Below, piece by piece: positions 38,674 through 47,623 of a stretch of DNA of 64,000 nucleotides; positions within the stretch are counted from its first letter, which is position 1, and each line of letters starts with the position of its first letter. Source of the DNA: Candidatus Thorarchaeota archaeon (GTDB lineage Archaea > Asgardarchaeota > Thorarchaeia > Thorarchaeales > Thorarchaeaceae); contig CP070761.1 in the NCBI GenBank assembly GCA_020348985.1, positions 2,891,006 through 2,955,005 on the forward strand, given 5' to 3'. A program made the translations under genes and the position numbers. The notes under the pieces were generated by a model, which was not told the DNA's origin, made no database searches, and saw only the letters and a program-made list of their open reading frames with translations.

Positions 38674-38967
38674 CTATTCTTCAATGTCTTCGTCATAGCT
38701 GTATAGTTCGTCAATGTCGTCTAGGATTTCGGAGTCAACTTCCTCTATTACTTCAAGCTCTGGTGCTTTCTTTTCCTTCTTCTTCTTCTCTCTCTTGGGC
38801 TCCTTTTCGGCTACTTCTAGGCTCTCTCCGCGCTTTCTCATCTGGGCCCAAAATCGACGCCTTGCTTTCTGGTGTTTTCTGACGCGTCGGAGATCTGTCT
38901 GCTGAGGATTCTGGACTCTCATCAGACGTCTGCGATCTCTTTCGAGAGCTCTACCCTTCTTCGCCAT
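38674..38967 (-). CDS. Small charged hypothetical protein (basic N-half, acidic C-tail)
   Basis: R/K-rich first ~65 aa and D/E-rich last ~30 aa, occupying the intergenic space. Confidence 0.7.
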   Translation of the reverse strand: MAKKGRALERDRRRLMRVQNPQQTDLRRVRKHQKARRRFWAQMRKRGESLEVAEKEPKREKKKKEKKAPELEVIEEVDSEILDDIDELYSYDEDIEE

Positions 38968-39109
38968 GAAATATCACGTCGCGAGGTTTTCTCGGGCAGC
39001 AACCTCCAGCTCGTTTTATAACTGTGTCGGGTGTAACGCATTCCAGATGGTCGGAGTTTACTCTTCGAATCCTTTGTCAGGAATCTGACACAATTCGATG
39101 TGAAGCGTG

Positions 39110-39631
39110 ATGAGTCGGACATCAGGCAGCCGGGAGGTTAGTATTCGTCTACGTCTTGAACCCTCCCTGCTGGAACGAATTGATAGACTGGTTGGCAAGA
39201 ACGGGAGACAGCACTTCATCAAAGACGCTATTCTCTGGAGACTGGAACAGGACCTCCCGCCAATTGTGTTGGAGCTTGTGGATGATGTTGAGGAACTGAA
39301 GAAGAGAGTTGATCATCTTGAATCATCGCAATCAGCCAGTGTATACATGGAAGACATGAGTGCCACCGTCAAAGAGAAGGTTTGCAGAGACGATTTTGAT
39401 CGGAGGATGTTGGCATACTTCCTTCAGCACAGTGGTGCAACATCACCAGAACTCGCGAAAGCACTAGCAGGCAGCTCTGATAAGCGAAGGACAATCCATG
39501 ACCGCATTGTGAAACTCAACGAAAGGGCAGTTCAACTTCTAGGAGTTCCTATTCTAGCACACGAGAAAGGGATTATTGACGGAAAACGGGGTGCATGGTG
39601 GATTATCAACACAGATCGTATGTTGGCCTGA
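39110..39631 (+). CDS. RHH + coiled-coil + winged-HTH DNA-binding protein
   Basis: VSIRLRLEPSLLERIDRLVG...RQHFIKDAI, then LVDDVEELKKRVDHLE, then DRRMLAYF...ATSPELAKAL...GAWWI. Confidence 0.7.
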   Translation: MSRTSGSREVSIRLRLEPSLLERIDRLVGKNGRQHFIKDAILWRLEQDLPPIVLELVDDVEELKKRVDHLESSQSASVYMEDMSATVKEKVCRDDFDRRMLAYFLQHSGATSPELAKALAGSSDKRRTIHDRIVKLNERAVQLLGVPILAHEKGIIDGKRGAWWIINTDRMLA

Positions 39632-39651
39632 ATGCAACTCTAGAGCAAATC

Positions 39652-39657
39652 TTTAAG
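39652..39657 (+). promoter_or_regulatory. Putative TATA box of tRNA-Arg(CCG)
   Basis: TTTAAG 27 nt upstream of the tRNA 5' end. Confidence 0.5.
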
Positions 39658-39678
39658 GAAATCCATCAAAGGGCCGAT

Positions 39679-39756
39679 GGGGCCGTAGTCTAGCATGGAT
39701 AAGGCACCAGCCTCCGGAGTTGGTCATCCCCGGTTCGAATCCGGGCGGTCCCGCCA
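39679..39756 (+). tRNA. tRNA-Arg(CCG)
   Basis: Acceptor stem GGGGCCG/CGGTCCC, anticodon arm CCAGC-CTCCGGA-GTTGG, GTTCGAATC T-loop, encoded CCA, no intron. Confidence 0.96.
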
Positions 39757-39843
39757 TTGAATTCTAGTACTTCATGCGATGCCGGTTTCTCTCGGACTTT
39801 AAAAGACTGCAACAGAACACCCTCCTGAATCGGGGTTTACTGA

Positions 39844-40083
39844 ATGAGCACTACTAGAGAGGCAACTGCCTCCGAAGAGAGAATTGTTGAGAGATTCCGA
39901 AGATATCTCAATGGACCAGTGGGCAAGACTGTCCTTGACAATTTGGATGAAGGGGAGAGCTTTATACTTCAAACCTCTGAGCACACTTTGAGAATCACGA
40001 AGTCTCGTGGCAAGGCGATTGTCAGTCTTGTTGACAGTCGATTCAGCAAGAAACCATCCAGATGGACGCTTCCCACGGCATAG
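39844..40083 (+). CDS. Small hypothetical protein between the two tRNA-Arg genes
   Basis: 79-aa ATG ORF with plausible alpha/beta pattern. Confidence 0.6.
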   Translation: MSTTREATASEERIVERFRRYLNGPVGKTVLDNLDEGESFILQTSEHTLRITKSRGKAIVSLVDSRFSKKPSRWTLPTA

Positions 40084-40130
40084 AACGATATCTGAATTGC
40101 ATAACATTTCTTCTGCATCAGCGAAGAGTC

Positions 40131-40136
40131 TATAAG
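40131..40136 (+). promoter_or_regulatory. Putative TATA box of tRNA-Arg(GCG)
   Basis: TATAAG 29 nt upstream of the tRNA. Confidence 0.5.
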
Positions 40137-40159
40137 TTGACCACAGCCAACCGCTGAAC

Positions 40160-40237
40160 GGGGCCGTAGTCTAGCATGGATAAGGCGCCAGCCTGCGGAG
40201 TTGGATATCCCCGGTTCGAATCCGGGCGGTCCCGCCA
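40160..40237 (+). tRNA. tRNA-Arg(GCG)
   Basis: Same cloverleaf with anticodon loop CTGCGGA and encoded CCA. Confidence 0.96.
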
Positions 40238-40255
40238 TCGCTTCTTTTGCTCAGT

Positions 40256-40789
40256 CTACGTGGTCCTCTGCCACTGTTTCAGCTTTTGAAAGACGTGGGC
40301 GATTGTATCCGCCCTTATTGACTGTTTTTCTACTTCTTCCCTGGAAAGTTCTCTCATCTGGGTCGCCGGCGCCCCCGAGTTGAGACTTCTGGGGGGGATT
40401 ACCACGTTTGCAGGGACAATAGAACCTGGGGCAAGCATGACTCCCTCCCCCAGCGTTGCACCGTCGAACAGAACACAGCCTTCGCCTATGTTTGCAGTGT
40501 CGCCGACATAGACCCCGTGAACTACAGAGGCGGTTCCAATCACAGTCTGAGTTCCGATGATTGTTGGATTGTCCTCAGTATGAGCATGAATAACAACACT
40601 ATCTTGTATACACGAACTCTCCCCAATCCTCACAGACGCGTGGTCGCCACGGATCACCGCGCCAGGCCAAACGCTAGCCTTGGGTCCTATTTCAACATCT
40701 CCGACAACTGTCGCTTGAAGGCTCACGAAGGCCTCAGAGTCAATCTTGGGGGTCTTTCCGCCAAACTCCAGGATCGGCACATCTTCCAC
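40256..40789 (-). CDS. Gamma-carbonic-anhydrase-like hexapeptide-repeat protein
   Basis: A.VVGDV.IG..ASVWPGAVIRGD, IQD.VVIH and G.PA..MREL motifs. Confidence 0.88.
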   Translation of the reverse strand: MEDVPILEFGGKTPKIDSEAFVSLQATVVGDVEIGPKASVWPGAVIRGDHASVRIGESSCIQDSVVIHAHTEDNPTIIGTQTVIGTASVVHGVYVGDTANIGEGCVLFDGATLGEGVMLAPGSIVPANVVIPPRSLNSGAPATQMRELSREEVEKQSIRADTIAHVFQKLKQWQRTT

Positions 40790-40898
40790 CTAGAGAAGAT
40801 GCAGGGGCGGTTGTCTATAAGCATATTGAAAATGTATACATCAGAATCGATGTACCCAAAGAAATAGGTTGGGTCCCCGACCACGAGGACCTCTTGAA

Positions 40899-41267
40899 TC
40901 ATGTTGCCTCAGCCAATAGCTGTTCCGCAATGTCTTCATAGACTTCGGGCGGTCTCACACCAACTAGCTTGTCGATGTGTTTTCCAGATCCGTCGTCAAA
41001 GATCACCTGCTCACCATCTTTGTAGAATATGACACTGGGCACTCCACGAATCTTGTGTGCGAAGCTGAACTCCTGATTCTGATCCACATCAATCTTCACA
41101 ACGCGTAGTCCTTTGTCTCTGTACTTTTCGTCGATTGCTTCGAGAATAGGAGCCAAGGTCTTGCATGGTCCACACCATAGTGCGTGACAGTCCACGAAGA
41201 CAACCTTGTTCTCGCCCAATATTGTGTCTAGCTGGTCAGCCATGATCTCATCTACCATTGTCGCCAT
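40899..41267 (-). CDS. trxA: Thioredoxin
   Basis: WCGPC, KIDVD and GVP motifs. Confidence 0.92.
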   Translation of the reverse strand: MATMVDEIMADQLDTILGENKVVFVDCHALWCGPCKTLAPILEAIDEKYRDKGLRVVKIDVDQNQEFSFAHKIRGVPSVIFYKDGEQVIFDDGSGKHIDKLVGVRPPEVYEDIAEQLLAEAT

Positions 41268-41401
41268 CTCTATCAACTCGCATTAATACGTAGTCTTATT
41301 CTTTTCCTAGAAGGAGTCGGTTGTGCGAGAAACCTTCACAACCGCATTTAACCGTTTGGTTATGTAGGTCTCCAAAGTTTGATAAGACGCAGCCAATCGA
41401 T

Positions 41402-44098
41402 GTGACTGCCTTGCCGGTCTTACATTGCCCCAAGTGTGGTACGACACTAGACATTCGAAGGACAAAGTTACTCGTGCCGCGCGACTACTTGGAGACTCCG
41501 AAAGGTGGTAATGTATGGTCTGTATCTTGCAGGACCTGCGCGGTTGAACTGCTAGTTGATGCATCAACAAAAGATCTGTTTGACGCGTATGATGCATACT
41601 CCAAAGCTCTGGACTCAGGCGCACTGGATTCTAGGTATGACGGCCCTGCACCAGCTCCATTGGAACCATTAGACGCTGCTTCTCCCGATTCTCGAACCAT
41701 AGACAGATGGGCGCGGCCTAAGAGCGCTGTCCGTCAAACAAAGGAAGAGATTGAGAAGCTCATCAGGCTCGGGGGACTGACAACAGAAGAAGTCCCCTTC
41801 TCAGTGCTCTCCTTGTTGAATGAATCTGAAGAACGACTTGTTCACTACCGTCATTTGCCGCCTACGGATGCGCTCTATGGCAGCAAACTTCCAGACCTGA
41901 AACTTCCTACAAAACTCAAGGAACACCTCATTTCAAAGGGTGTCGAACAGCTTTATGCCTTTCAGAATGAGGCGTTTGATAGGATTGGAGCTGGTCATAA
42001 CGCGGTTGTTGTAGCTCCTACCGCCCAGGGAAAAACCGAGGCATTCATTCTTCCGTTGATTCGGAACTTGCTAATAACAATTCAAGATTCATTTAGGAGC
42101 CCAGGAATACGTGCTTTGCTCATCTACCCAACCAAAGCTCTGGCAAGAGACCAGTTCGAAAAGATAAAGCAGATGTGCAAGGCGTCTGGTCTGACAGCCG
42201 CGCTCTTTGATGGAGATGTCTCTCAATCGCAGCGGCGAAGAATCTACGAGAGACCTCCTGACCTTCTTCTGACAAACCCAGATGTCCTTCATTACCATCT
42301 TGGATGGGAGGGGTCACAGCTTGTTCCATTACTGAGCACGGTGAGACATGTTGTTATTGACGAGATTCACCTTTACACAGGTTCGCTTGGTGCCAATGTG
42401 TACTATATCCTGAAGCGACTTGGACTGGAAACAGACGAGCCGTTCCAAATGATTGGGGCTTCTGCTACAATAGCTAATCCAAGAGAACACACTGAACAAC
42501 TATTCGATTCGTCAGTGGAACTCATAGAGTCGCAGACCGCCAAACGTGGTCCGATTCACTTCATGATGTACTATCCTGAGCGAAGCAGTAAGTACAGTAT
42601 GATTGTCAACTTAGTTCGAAGGTTGAACGAGCAGGGCTTTCGAACACTCGTATTCGGGAACACTCATTCAGAGGCAGAGCTACTTAACAGAATCTTGGGG
42701 CGAATCGGAGTAAGCTCAAAGGTTCACAGGGGAGGTCTCTCGAAGTCGTATCGAAGCAAGGTGGAAGAGGAGTTCAAGTCTGGGCGGTTACCAGTTCTTG
42801 TCTCTACGCCCACTCTCGAGCTCGGGATTGACATTGGTCACCTTGATTGTGTAGTTAGCATGATTGTATCAGTCACTCGCCTTACACAACGTATCGGACG
42901 TGCCGGCAGAAAAGGCCAAGAAAGCGTTGCGATTCTAGCGCTTAGGGACAATGACCCAATATCAACATTCTACAGGTTTCAACCCGAGAAGTACTTCACC
43001 GATATTGATTCCGCGTACGTCGAACCCGGCAACGAGATTGTGGCCCGATATCAGCTCATAGCGGCAGCGATGAGTGGAAAAATGAATACAGCAGACTTCC
43101 CATATCAGCTCAAAGTCATAAAGAACCTGCAAGAGGAAGGATTGGTGCAGATTCTTGATGATGGCCAGGTACGAGTCGTGGATATGGATAGGGCAAGAAA
43201 GGAATGGCGGGGCTACAACATTCGGGGGATTGGAGACACTGTTGAGATTCGTCTTGGTAACAAGCTCATAGGAGACAGGTCAATGCCCATGGCGGCGCAA
43301 GAGCTCCATCCGGGAGCCCTCTATCTCCATGGCGGAGAGACCTACATGTCTGTACAATATGACTATAGACAGGGTTTTGGTAGAGCGAAGGTGGTCAAGA
43401 ATCCTGACTCCAATGAGCACACTCGTCCAATGTACTACTCCTCCCCGAGGATTGTAGAGGTCCTCGAACGCCATAAGATCCTTGGTATGAAAACAATCTA
43501 CTGTACACTAGAAATGACTCAAGTTGTTCATGGCTATACAAAGGTACAGACCTATCCAAGGCAGGTCCTTGGACAGTTTGATCTGAGCCCCGATTTGGTG
43601 TATAAGTATCTGACAAGAGGATTCGCCTTTGCCGCTCCGTCGCCAAGTAAATCGACTATCGACGAGGGGCTAGAGATTATTGAACGTCAGAATGCTGATC
43701 CCGCCTGGCTCGTTGGAGGTGCTTTTCACGCGTTGGAGCATGTTGTCATAGAGTCAAGCGGAATGTTGACTGGCGGAAGCACCCGAGAGATTGGAGGTGT
43801 GTCAATGGGTGACTCCGGGATTATCTTTGTGCATGATGGGTCTCCAGGAGGTAGCGGTGCATCAAGACTTCTTTACAAGAGACTGGATGAGGCCTTTAGA
43901 CGAGTGGAAGCAATTCTTGCTAATTGTGAATGCGAGGCCATCGACGGGTGTCCGTTATGCACATATTCGTATCAATGTGGGAACAACAATTCACCTCTAT
44001 TCAAGAATGGAGCCTTGGACAGTGTTAGGCAGATTCTTGAGCGTTCAGAAACTGACGTGGACACAGAAGGGTACATTGGATATCAGCCAATGGTATGA
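41402..44098 (+). CDS. SF2 helicase with DUF1998 (MrfA/Hrq1/SftH-like) and N-terminal Zn-ribbon
   Basis: APTAQGKT, YPTKALARDQ, DEIH, LELGIDIG, QRIGRAGR and C-terminal HALEH...CEC...GCPLC. Start is uncertain. Confidence 0.92.
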   Translation: MTALPVLHCPKCGTTLDIRRTKLLVPRDYLETPKGGNVWSVSCRTCAVELLVDASTKDLFDAYDAYSKALDSGALDSRYDGPAPAPLEPLDAASPDSRTIDRWARPKSAVRQTKEEIEKLIRLGGLTTEEVPFSVLSLLNESEERLVHYRHLPPTDALYGSKLPDLKLPTKLKEHLISKGVEQLYAFQNEAFDRIGAGHNAVVVAPTAQGKTEAFILPLIRNLLITIQDSFRSPGIRALLIYPTKALARDQFEKIKQMCKASGLTAALFDGDVSQSQRRRIYERPPDLLLTNPDVLHYHLGWEGSQLVPLLSTVRHVVIDEIHLYTGSLGANVYYILKRLGLETDEPFQMIGASATIANPREHTEQLFDSSVELIESQTAKRGPIHFMMYYPERSSKYSMIVNLVRRLNEQGFRTLVFGNTHSEAELLNRILGRIGVSSKVHRGGLSKSYRSKVEEEFKSGRLPVLVSTPTLELGIDIGHLDCVVSMIVSVTRLTQRIGRAGRKGQESVAILALRDNDPISTFYRFQPEKYFTDIDSAYVEPGNEIVARYQLIAAAMSGKMNTADFPYQLKVIKNLQEEGLVQILDDGQVRVVDMDRARKEWRGYNIRGIGDTVEIRLGNKLIGDRSMPMAAQELHPGALYLHGGETYMSVQYDYRQGFGRAKVVKNPDSNEHTRPMYYSSPRIVEVLERHKILGMKTIYCTLEMTQVVHGYTKVQTYPRQVLGQFDLSPDLVYKYLTRGFAFAAPSPSKSTIDEGLEIIERQNADPAWLVGGAFHALEHVVIESSGMLTGGSTREIGGVSMGDSGIIFVHDGSPGGSGASRLLYKRLDEAFRRVEAILANCECEAIDGCPLCTYSYQCGNNNSPLFKNGALDSVRQILERSETDVDTEGYIGYQPMV

Positions 44099-44099
44099 G

Positions 44100-46058
44100 A
44101 TGAGGTCATCAAAGATGTCGATCTTCCGGATTGAGAGAGGTCATGACGGTCCTGCTAGGATTGGCCGCTTAACACTTGATGAACTCGAAACGAGCACTCC
44201 GTCTCTTGCCGGGCCCCCGCAGGAAGAAAGCCATTGGCTCACCTATTCCGTATACGAGAGATCATCATCCAGTGATTCTGCTGCATCTATGATTGCACTC
44301 CCAACAATCTTTGCATCTCATGATGAAACAGACACCCTCACCCATAAGAGCAGTTTAGTACTCTTGCCTTCAATCCCAGGGTCCTCGTCGCTAGGGCAAG
44401 AAATGGCTGAACTACTGCTGTCTTGGCAATTGGGTTTTCTCAGGGAACGTCCTAAGTCCGTCCCACCACAGCACTGTGTTGTCAGAATTCCGGTTGGAAT
44501 CGATACCGTTCTTCTGAAAGAGTATCTCTCACAGTTTTCTGAACTTGGGGTCCGTTCTGCTTCTTTCTTGTTGAATAGTGAGCTTGGTAGTGATGACTTT
44601 AGCTCAGTGAAGTTGAGATCCGCTATCCCGCGAAACTGGCTTGCAATAGCTTTGGGGCGGATTGATCCACATTTGCTCCCCCTACTGATCTACCTGGGCT
44701 TTGATGTGATTGACATTGGTCGAGCTTTCTCGGCTGCTGCGAAGAACGTTCGGCTCTGGCAGGTGACAAATGAGAAAGTGCTTGAAGTAGACCATCAAAG
44801 ATTCTGTTCGTGTCGCCACTGTATATCCATAGACGACTTTGGAGAAACCGCACGTGATAACCGACTCGAGACTCTGACGGGCCACAACATCGACATGTAT
44901 AGGCAAGTGATGTCTGAGAGCATAAGCAAAATGCATGATGGACAACTGCGATGGCTTGTCGAATCCCGTACACATGCATCACCTTCGATGACATCATTAC
45001 TACGAAGAATCGACAGGGAAATCTACGAATTCCTAGAGGAGTTCACGCCAACAATTGGGCAGGGTGTTCTTCCTCTCATAGGTCCTGAATCATATCACTC
45101 CCCAATTGTCAGAAGGTTCAGGGAAAGGCTTGTAGAAAGATATGCTCCTCCCCCCCACAAGAGAATCGTGCTACTGCTTCCGTGCTCGGCACGGAAACCA
45201 TACTCAGATTCGAAGTCCCATCGACGTTTTAGCAGAGCAATTGAAAACGGAATCGGGCGGAGTGAGTCTTCAATTGCAGAGACTATCATCACGTCTCCAT
45301 TAGGGATAATTCCTCGGGAATTGGAGCGCGTGTATCCCATCGCACAGTATGACATTCCAGTGTCTGGCGACTGGGATACCGAGGAGACCTCAATCGCAGT
45401 TGACGCTCTCGTGAAACATCTTGCGAAGTTCAGCGATGAGGCTGTTGTCTTGGCTCATGTATCTGGAGGTTATCAGACCATAGTCAACGAGGCCGAATCA
45501 CGAATCAAACAGAGCATTATCTATACATCCTCGGGCCACTCGACAGGAAGTCGCTCTTCATTGGAATCTCTCACGGAGGTTCTTCAGGATCTGAAGTCTA
45601 AACTAGAAATCAGAGCAACAGAACAGAAACGACTTCAAGACACACTACGGTCAACCGCCGATTTCCAGTTTGGAAAAGGGACCGGGAGTCTGCTCATACC
45701 AGATAGTGCACATCTCAAGGGGAAGCTATACCATATGGTAACATGCCAAGTTGAAGAAGTGCAGACGTGCAGTTTCATTGGATCTTCAGGCGCGCTCTCT
45801 CTCACAATGGACGGTGGTGAGAGAATTGCGCCTCTAGACCGGTACGTGGTTCGGTTTGAGGGGGCTGAGATCAAAGGCGGGTCGATTTTTGCTGTGGGTG
45901 TCAATGAGGCCGACCCTGTTATTCGACCAGGAGATGAAGTAGTCGTGGTGGGCAAGGACAACACTGTCATGGCGGTAGGCAAAAGCGAGATGTCTGGTCC
46001 AGAGATGTGTGAGTTTGAGAAGGGTCGTGCAGTCAGCATTCGTCACAAGAGGAAGTGA
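44100..46058 (+). CDS. arcS: Archaeosine synthase subunit alpha (ArcS)
   Basis: DGPARIG N-terminus, LLPCSARKPYS.SKSH, TSPLGIIPRELE..YP...YDIPV.G.W and a C-terminal PUA domain. Confidence 0.92.
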   Translation: MRSSKMSIFRIERGHDGPARIGRLTLDELETSTPSLAGPPQEESHWLTYSVYERSSSSDSAASMIALPTIFASHDETDTLTHKSSLVLLPSIPGSSSLGQEMAELLLSWQLGFLRERPKSVPPQHCVVRIPVGIDTVLLKEYLSQFSELGVRSASFLLNSELGSDDFSSVKLRSAIPRNWLAIALGRIDPHLLPLLIYLGFDVIDIGRAFSAAAKNVRLWQVTNEKVLEVDHQRFCSCRHCISIDDFGETARDNRLETLTGHNIDMYRQVMSESISKMHDGQLRWLVESRTHASPSMTSLLRRIDREIYEFLEEFTPTIGQGVLPLIGPESYHSPIVRRFRERLVERYAPPPHKRIVLLLPCSARKPYSDSKSHRRFSRAIENGIGRSESSIAETIITSPLGIIPRELERVYPIAQYDIPVSGDWDTEETSIAVDALVKHLAKFSDEAVVLAHVSGGYQTIVNEAESRIKQSIIYTSSGHSTGSRSSLESLTEVLQDLKSKLEIRATEQKRLQDTLRSTADFQFGKGTGSLLIPDSAHLKGKLYHMVTCQVEEVQTCSFIGSSGALSLTMDGGERIAPLDRYVVRFEGAEIKGGSIFAVGVNEADPVIRPGDEVVVVGKDNTVMAVGKSEMSGPEMCEFEKGRAVSIRHKRK

Positions 46059-47164
46059 GAGCTTTGGAAGATACTCTAGAACGAATTCAGTCGGTCATCA
46101 TAAGCGCAAGTACAAAAGCTCGGGGCTCCTCGATTGCCTTCAGGCGCCAGAGGAATCCAACAAGGCCCGCAGCAAGCTGGATCACAACCTCGCGAATAGG
46201 CAACAGCACTGGAAAGGCGCTCTCGGTGGTCTTCTCGACAATTGGTTGTTCTCATGCAAGAGGAGAGAGTGGTGGTTGTACAATGTGCAGCTACTTACTC
46301 GATGGTACGAGCGTACCTCCATCAGCAGCAGAACTTGTCGAGCAATTCGCGGCTGCGATGTCGAAGCTTGATGATGAAGAGGCGCCACTGTCAGTTAAGC
46401 TATATACTAGCGGAAGTTTCTTGGATTCTGAAGAATTTCCTTCGGAGGCAATGAAATCTGTGCTTGAAACAATCGCTCAAGATCCGCGAATAACCCAGGT
46501 TGTGGTAGAGTCAAGACCTGACTACGTCACCGAGTCCAACGTCAGTCTTTTGCGTTCAATACTTGGTTACCGACATATCGAGATCGGTATAGGCTTGGAG
46601 AGCATGAATGAAAGAGTCCGTATGCTCTGCGTAAACAAGGGGTTCTCCTCAGATGACTTTGAGCAGGCGCTTCTGACCGCGAAGCAACAGAACATTGGTG
46701 TGAGAGCATATGTCCTGATTAAACCTCCATTCATGACAGAGCGGGATGCAATACTCGACTCAGTTCTTACTGTAAGGCAGAGCGCAGCTTTGTGGGCTTC
46801 CACAGTATCAGTTAACCCTGTCAACATACAGAGACATACCTTGGTAGAGCAGCTCTGGACAGATGGACTATACAGACCTCCGTGGCTCTGGACGGTGGTA
46901 GAAGTCCTGAAGAGAGGGCACTCAGAGATTCCTCAAGAGACGAACTTGGTCTGCGATCCTGTAGCTGCCGGAAAGGCACGCGGAGCTCACAATTGTGGTA
47001 GATGTGACCAAGCTGTTATCAGAGCAATTCGGGATTTCTCTTTGGATCAAGACCCCAAATCACTTGAAGGTCTGGACTGTGAGTGCAAGACTGACTGGGA
47101 GCACGTCCTTGCGCATGAGGATGTTTCTCTCTATGTCCACTCGGATAGACACGAAGGTAGATGA
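46055..47164 (+). CDS. raSEA: Archaeosine biosynthesis radical SAM protein RaSEA
   Basis: GC........GGCTMC, YTSGSFLD, ESRP, KPPF, YRPPWLW and RGAHNCG.C. Overlaps the arcS stop. Confidence 0.92.
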   Translation: MRALEDTLERIQSVIISASTKARGSSIAFRRQRNPTRPAASWITTSRIGNSTGKALSVVFSTIGCSHARGESGGCTMCSYLLDGTSVPPSAAELVEQFAAAMSKLDDEEAPLSVKLYTSGSFLDSEEFPSEAMKSVLETIAQDPRITQVVVESRPDYVTESNVSLLRSILGYRHIEIGIGLESMNERVRMLCVNKGFSSDDFEQALLTAKQQNIGVRAYVLIKPPFMTERDAILDSVLTVRQSAALWASTVSVNPVNIQRHTLVEQLWTDGLYRPPWLWTVVEVLKRGHSEIPQETNLVCDPVAAGKARGAHNCGRCDQAVIRAIRDFSLDQDPKSLEGLDCECKTDWEHVLAHEDVSLYVHSDRHEGR

Positions 47165-47212
47165 GAAAGGGTTTTAGGAATCGGGATAGCTGTGTTTCCG
47201 AGGTTATGGATT

Positions 47213-47572
47213 ATGACTGATTACATAACCAAGGTGAGCTTCTGGTTTAGCAGTGAGGGCGCATCACCCGCTGATGTCATAAGGCGACTCCTGGACATGG
47301 GGTTCACACCGGTGAGGGGTGCGTACGATTTCATCTACCATCATGAATCAAAGGAAGGTATGTCTGATTCTGACCTGAGTAGTGCAATTCTGGAGGTTTC
47401 CGATGCGCTACATGCAGCGCTTTCCGGTTTCAAAGTATTCTACACCATGGCGACACATCCTGCAGACGAACTGGCTGATTATGTTCCACTCGCCGATATC
47501 GATGCCGAGCTTGAGGCAACAAGAGCAGAGCTCAGGGCTTTTGAGGACGATTCGTTTAGTGATGAAGAATAA
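47213..47572 (+). CDS. Conserved-looking archaeal hypothetical protein
   Basis: FSSEGASP..V...L...GF.PV.G.YDF.Y pattern with an acidic tail. Confidence 0.7.
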   Translation: MTDYITKVSFWFSSEGASPADVIRRLLDMGFTPVRGAYDFIYHHESKEGMSDSDLSSAILEVSDALHAALSGFKVFYTMATHPADELADYVPLADIDAELEATRAELRAFEDDSFSDEE

Positions 47573-47574
47573 GA

Positions 47575-47602
47575 TAGGAATGGGGGAACTCCCCCATCCC
47601 TA
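47575..47602. terminator. Hairpin between convergent genes
   Basis: TAGG..TGGGGG-AACT-CCCCCA..CCTA inverted repeat directly after a stop codon. Confidence 0.5.
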
Positions 47603-47623
47603 GTGGGAGATTGTGGGTGAATA

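Noticed and set aside
39107-40237. Integrated mobile element at tRNA-Arg
   Set aside because: There is no integrase, both tRNAs are full length with their own TATA-like boxes, and there is no partial att duplicate. Kept only as a low-level finding.
39969-40383. ORFs 39969-40238 (-) and 40201-40383 (+)
   Set aside because: They overlap tRNA-Arg(GCG) and are shadow ORFs.
41402-44098. DISARM/Druantia/Dpd defence helicase
   Set aside because: No DrmA/DrmB split, methylase, PLD nuclease or dpd genes are nearby, and the neighbours are tRNA archaeosine genes.
43791-44099. N-terminal extension of ArcS in the ORF track
   Set aside because: It overlaps the helicase C-terminus, and ArcS similarity starts only after 44100.
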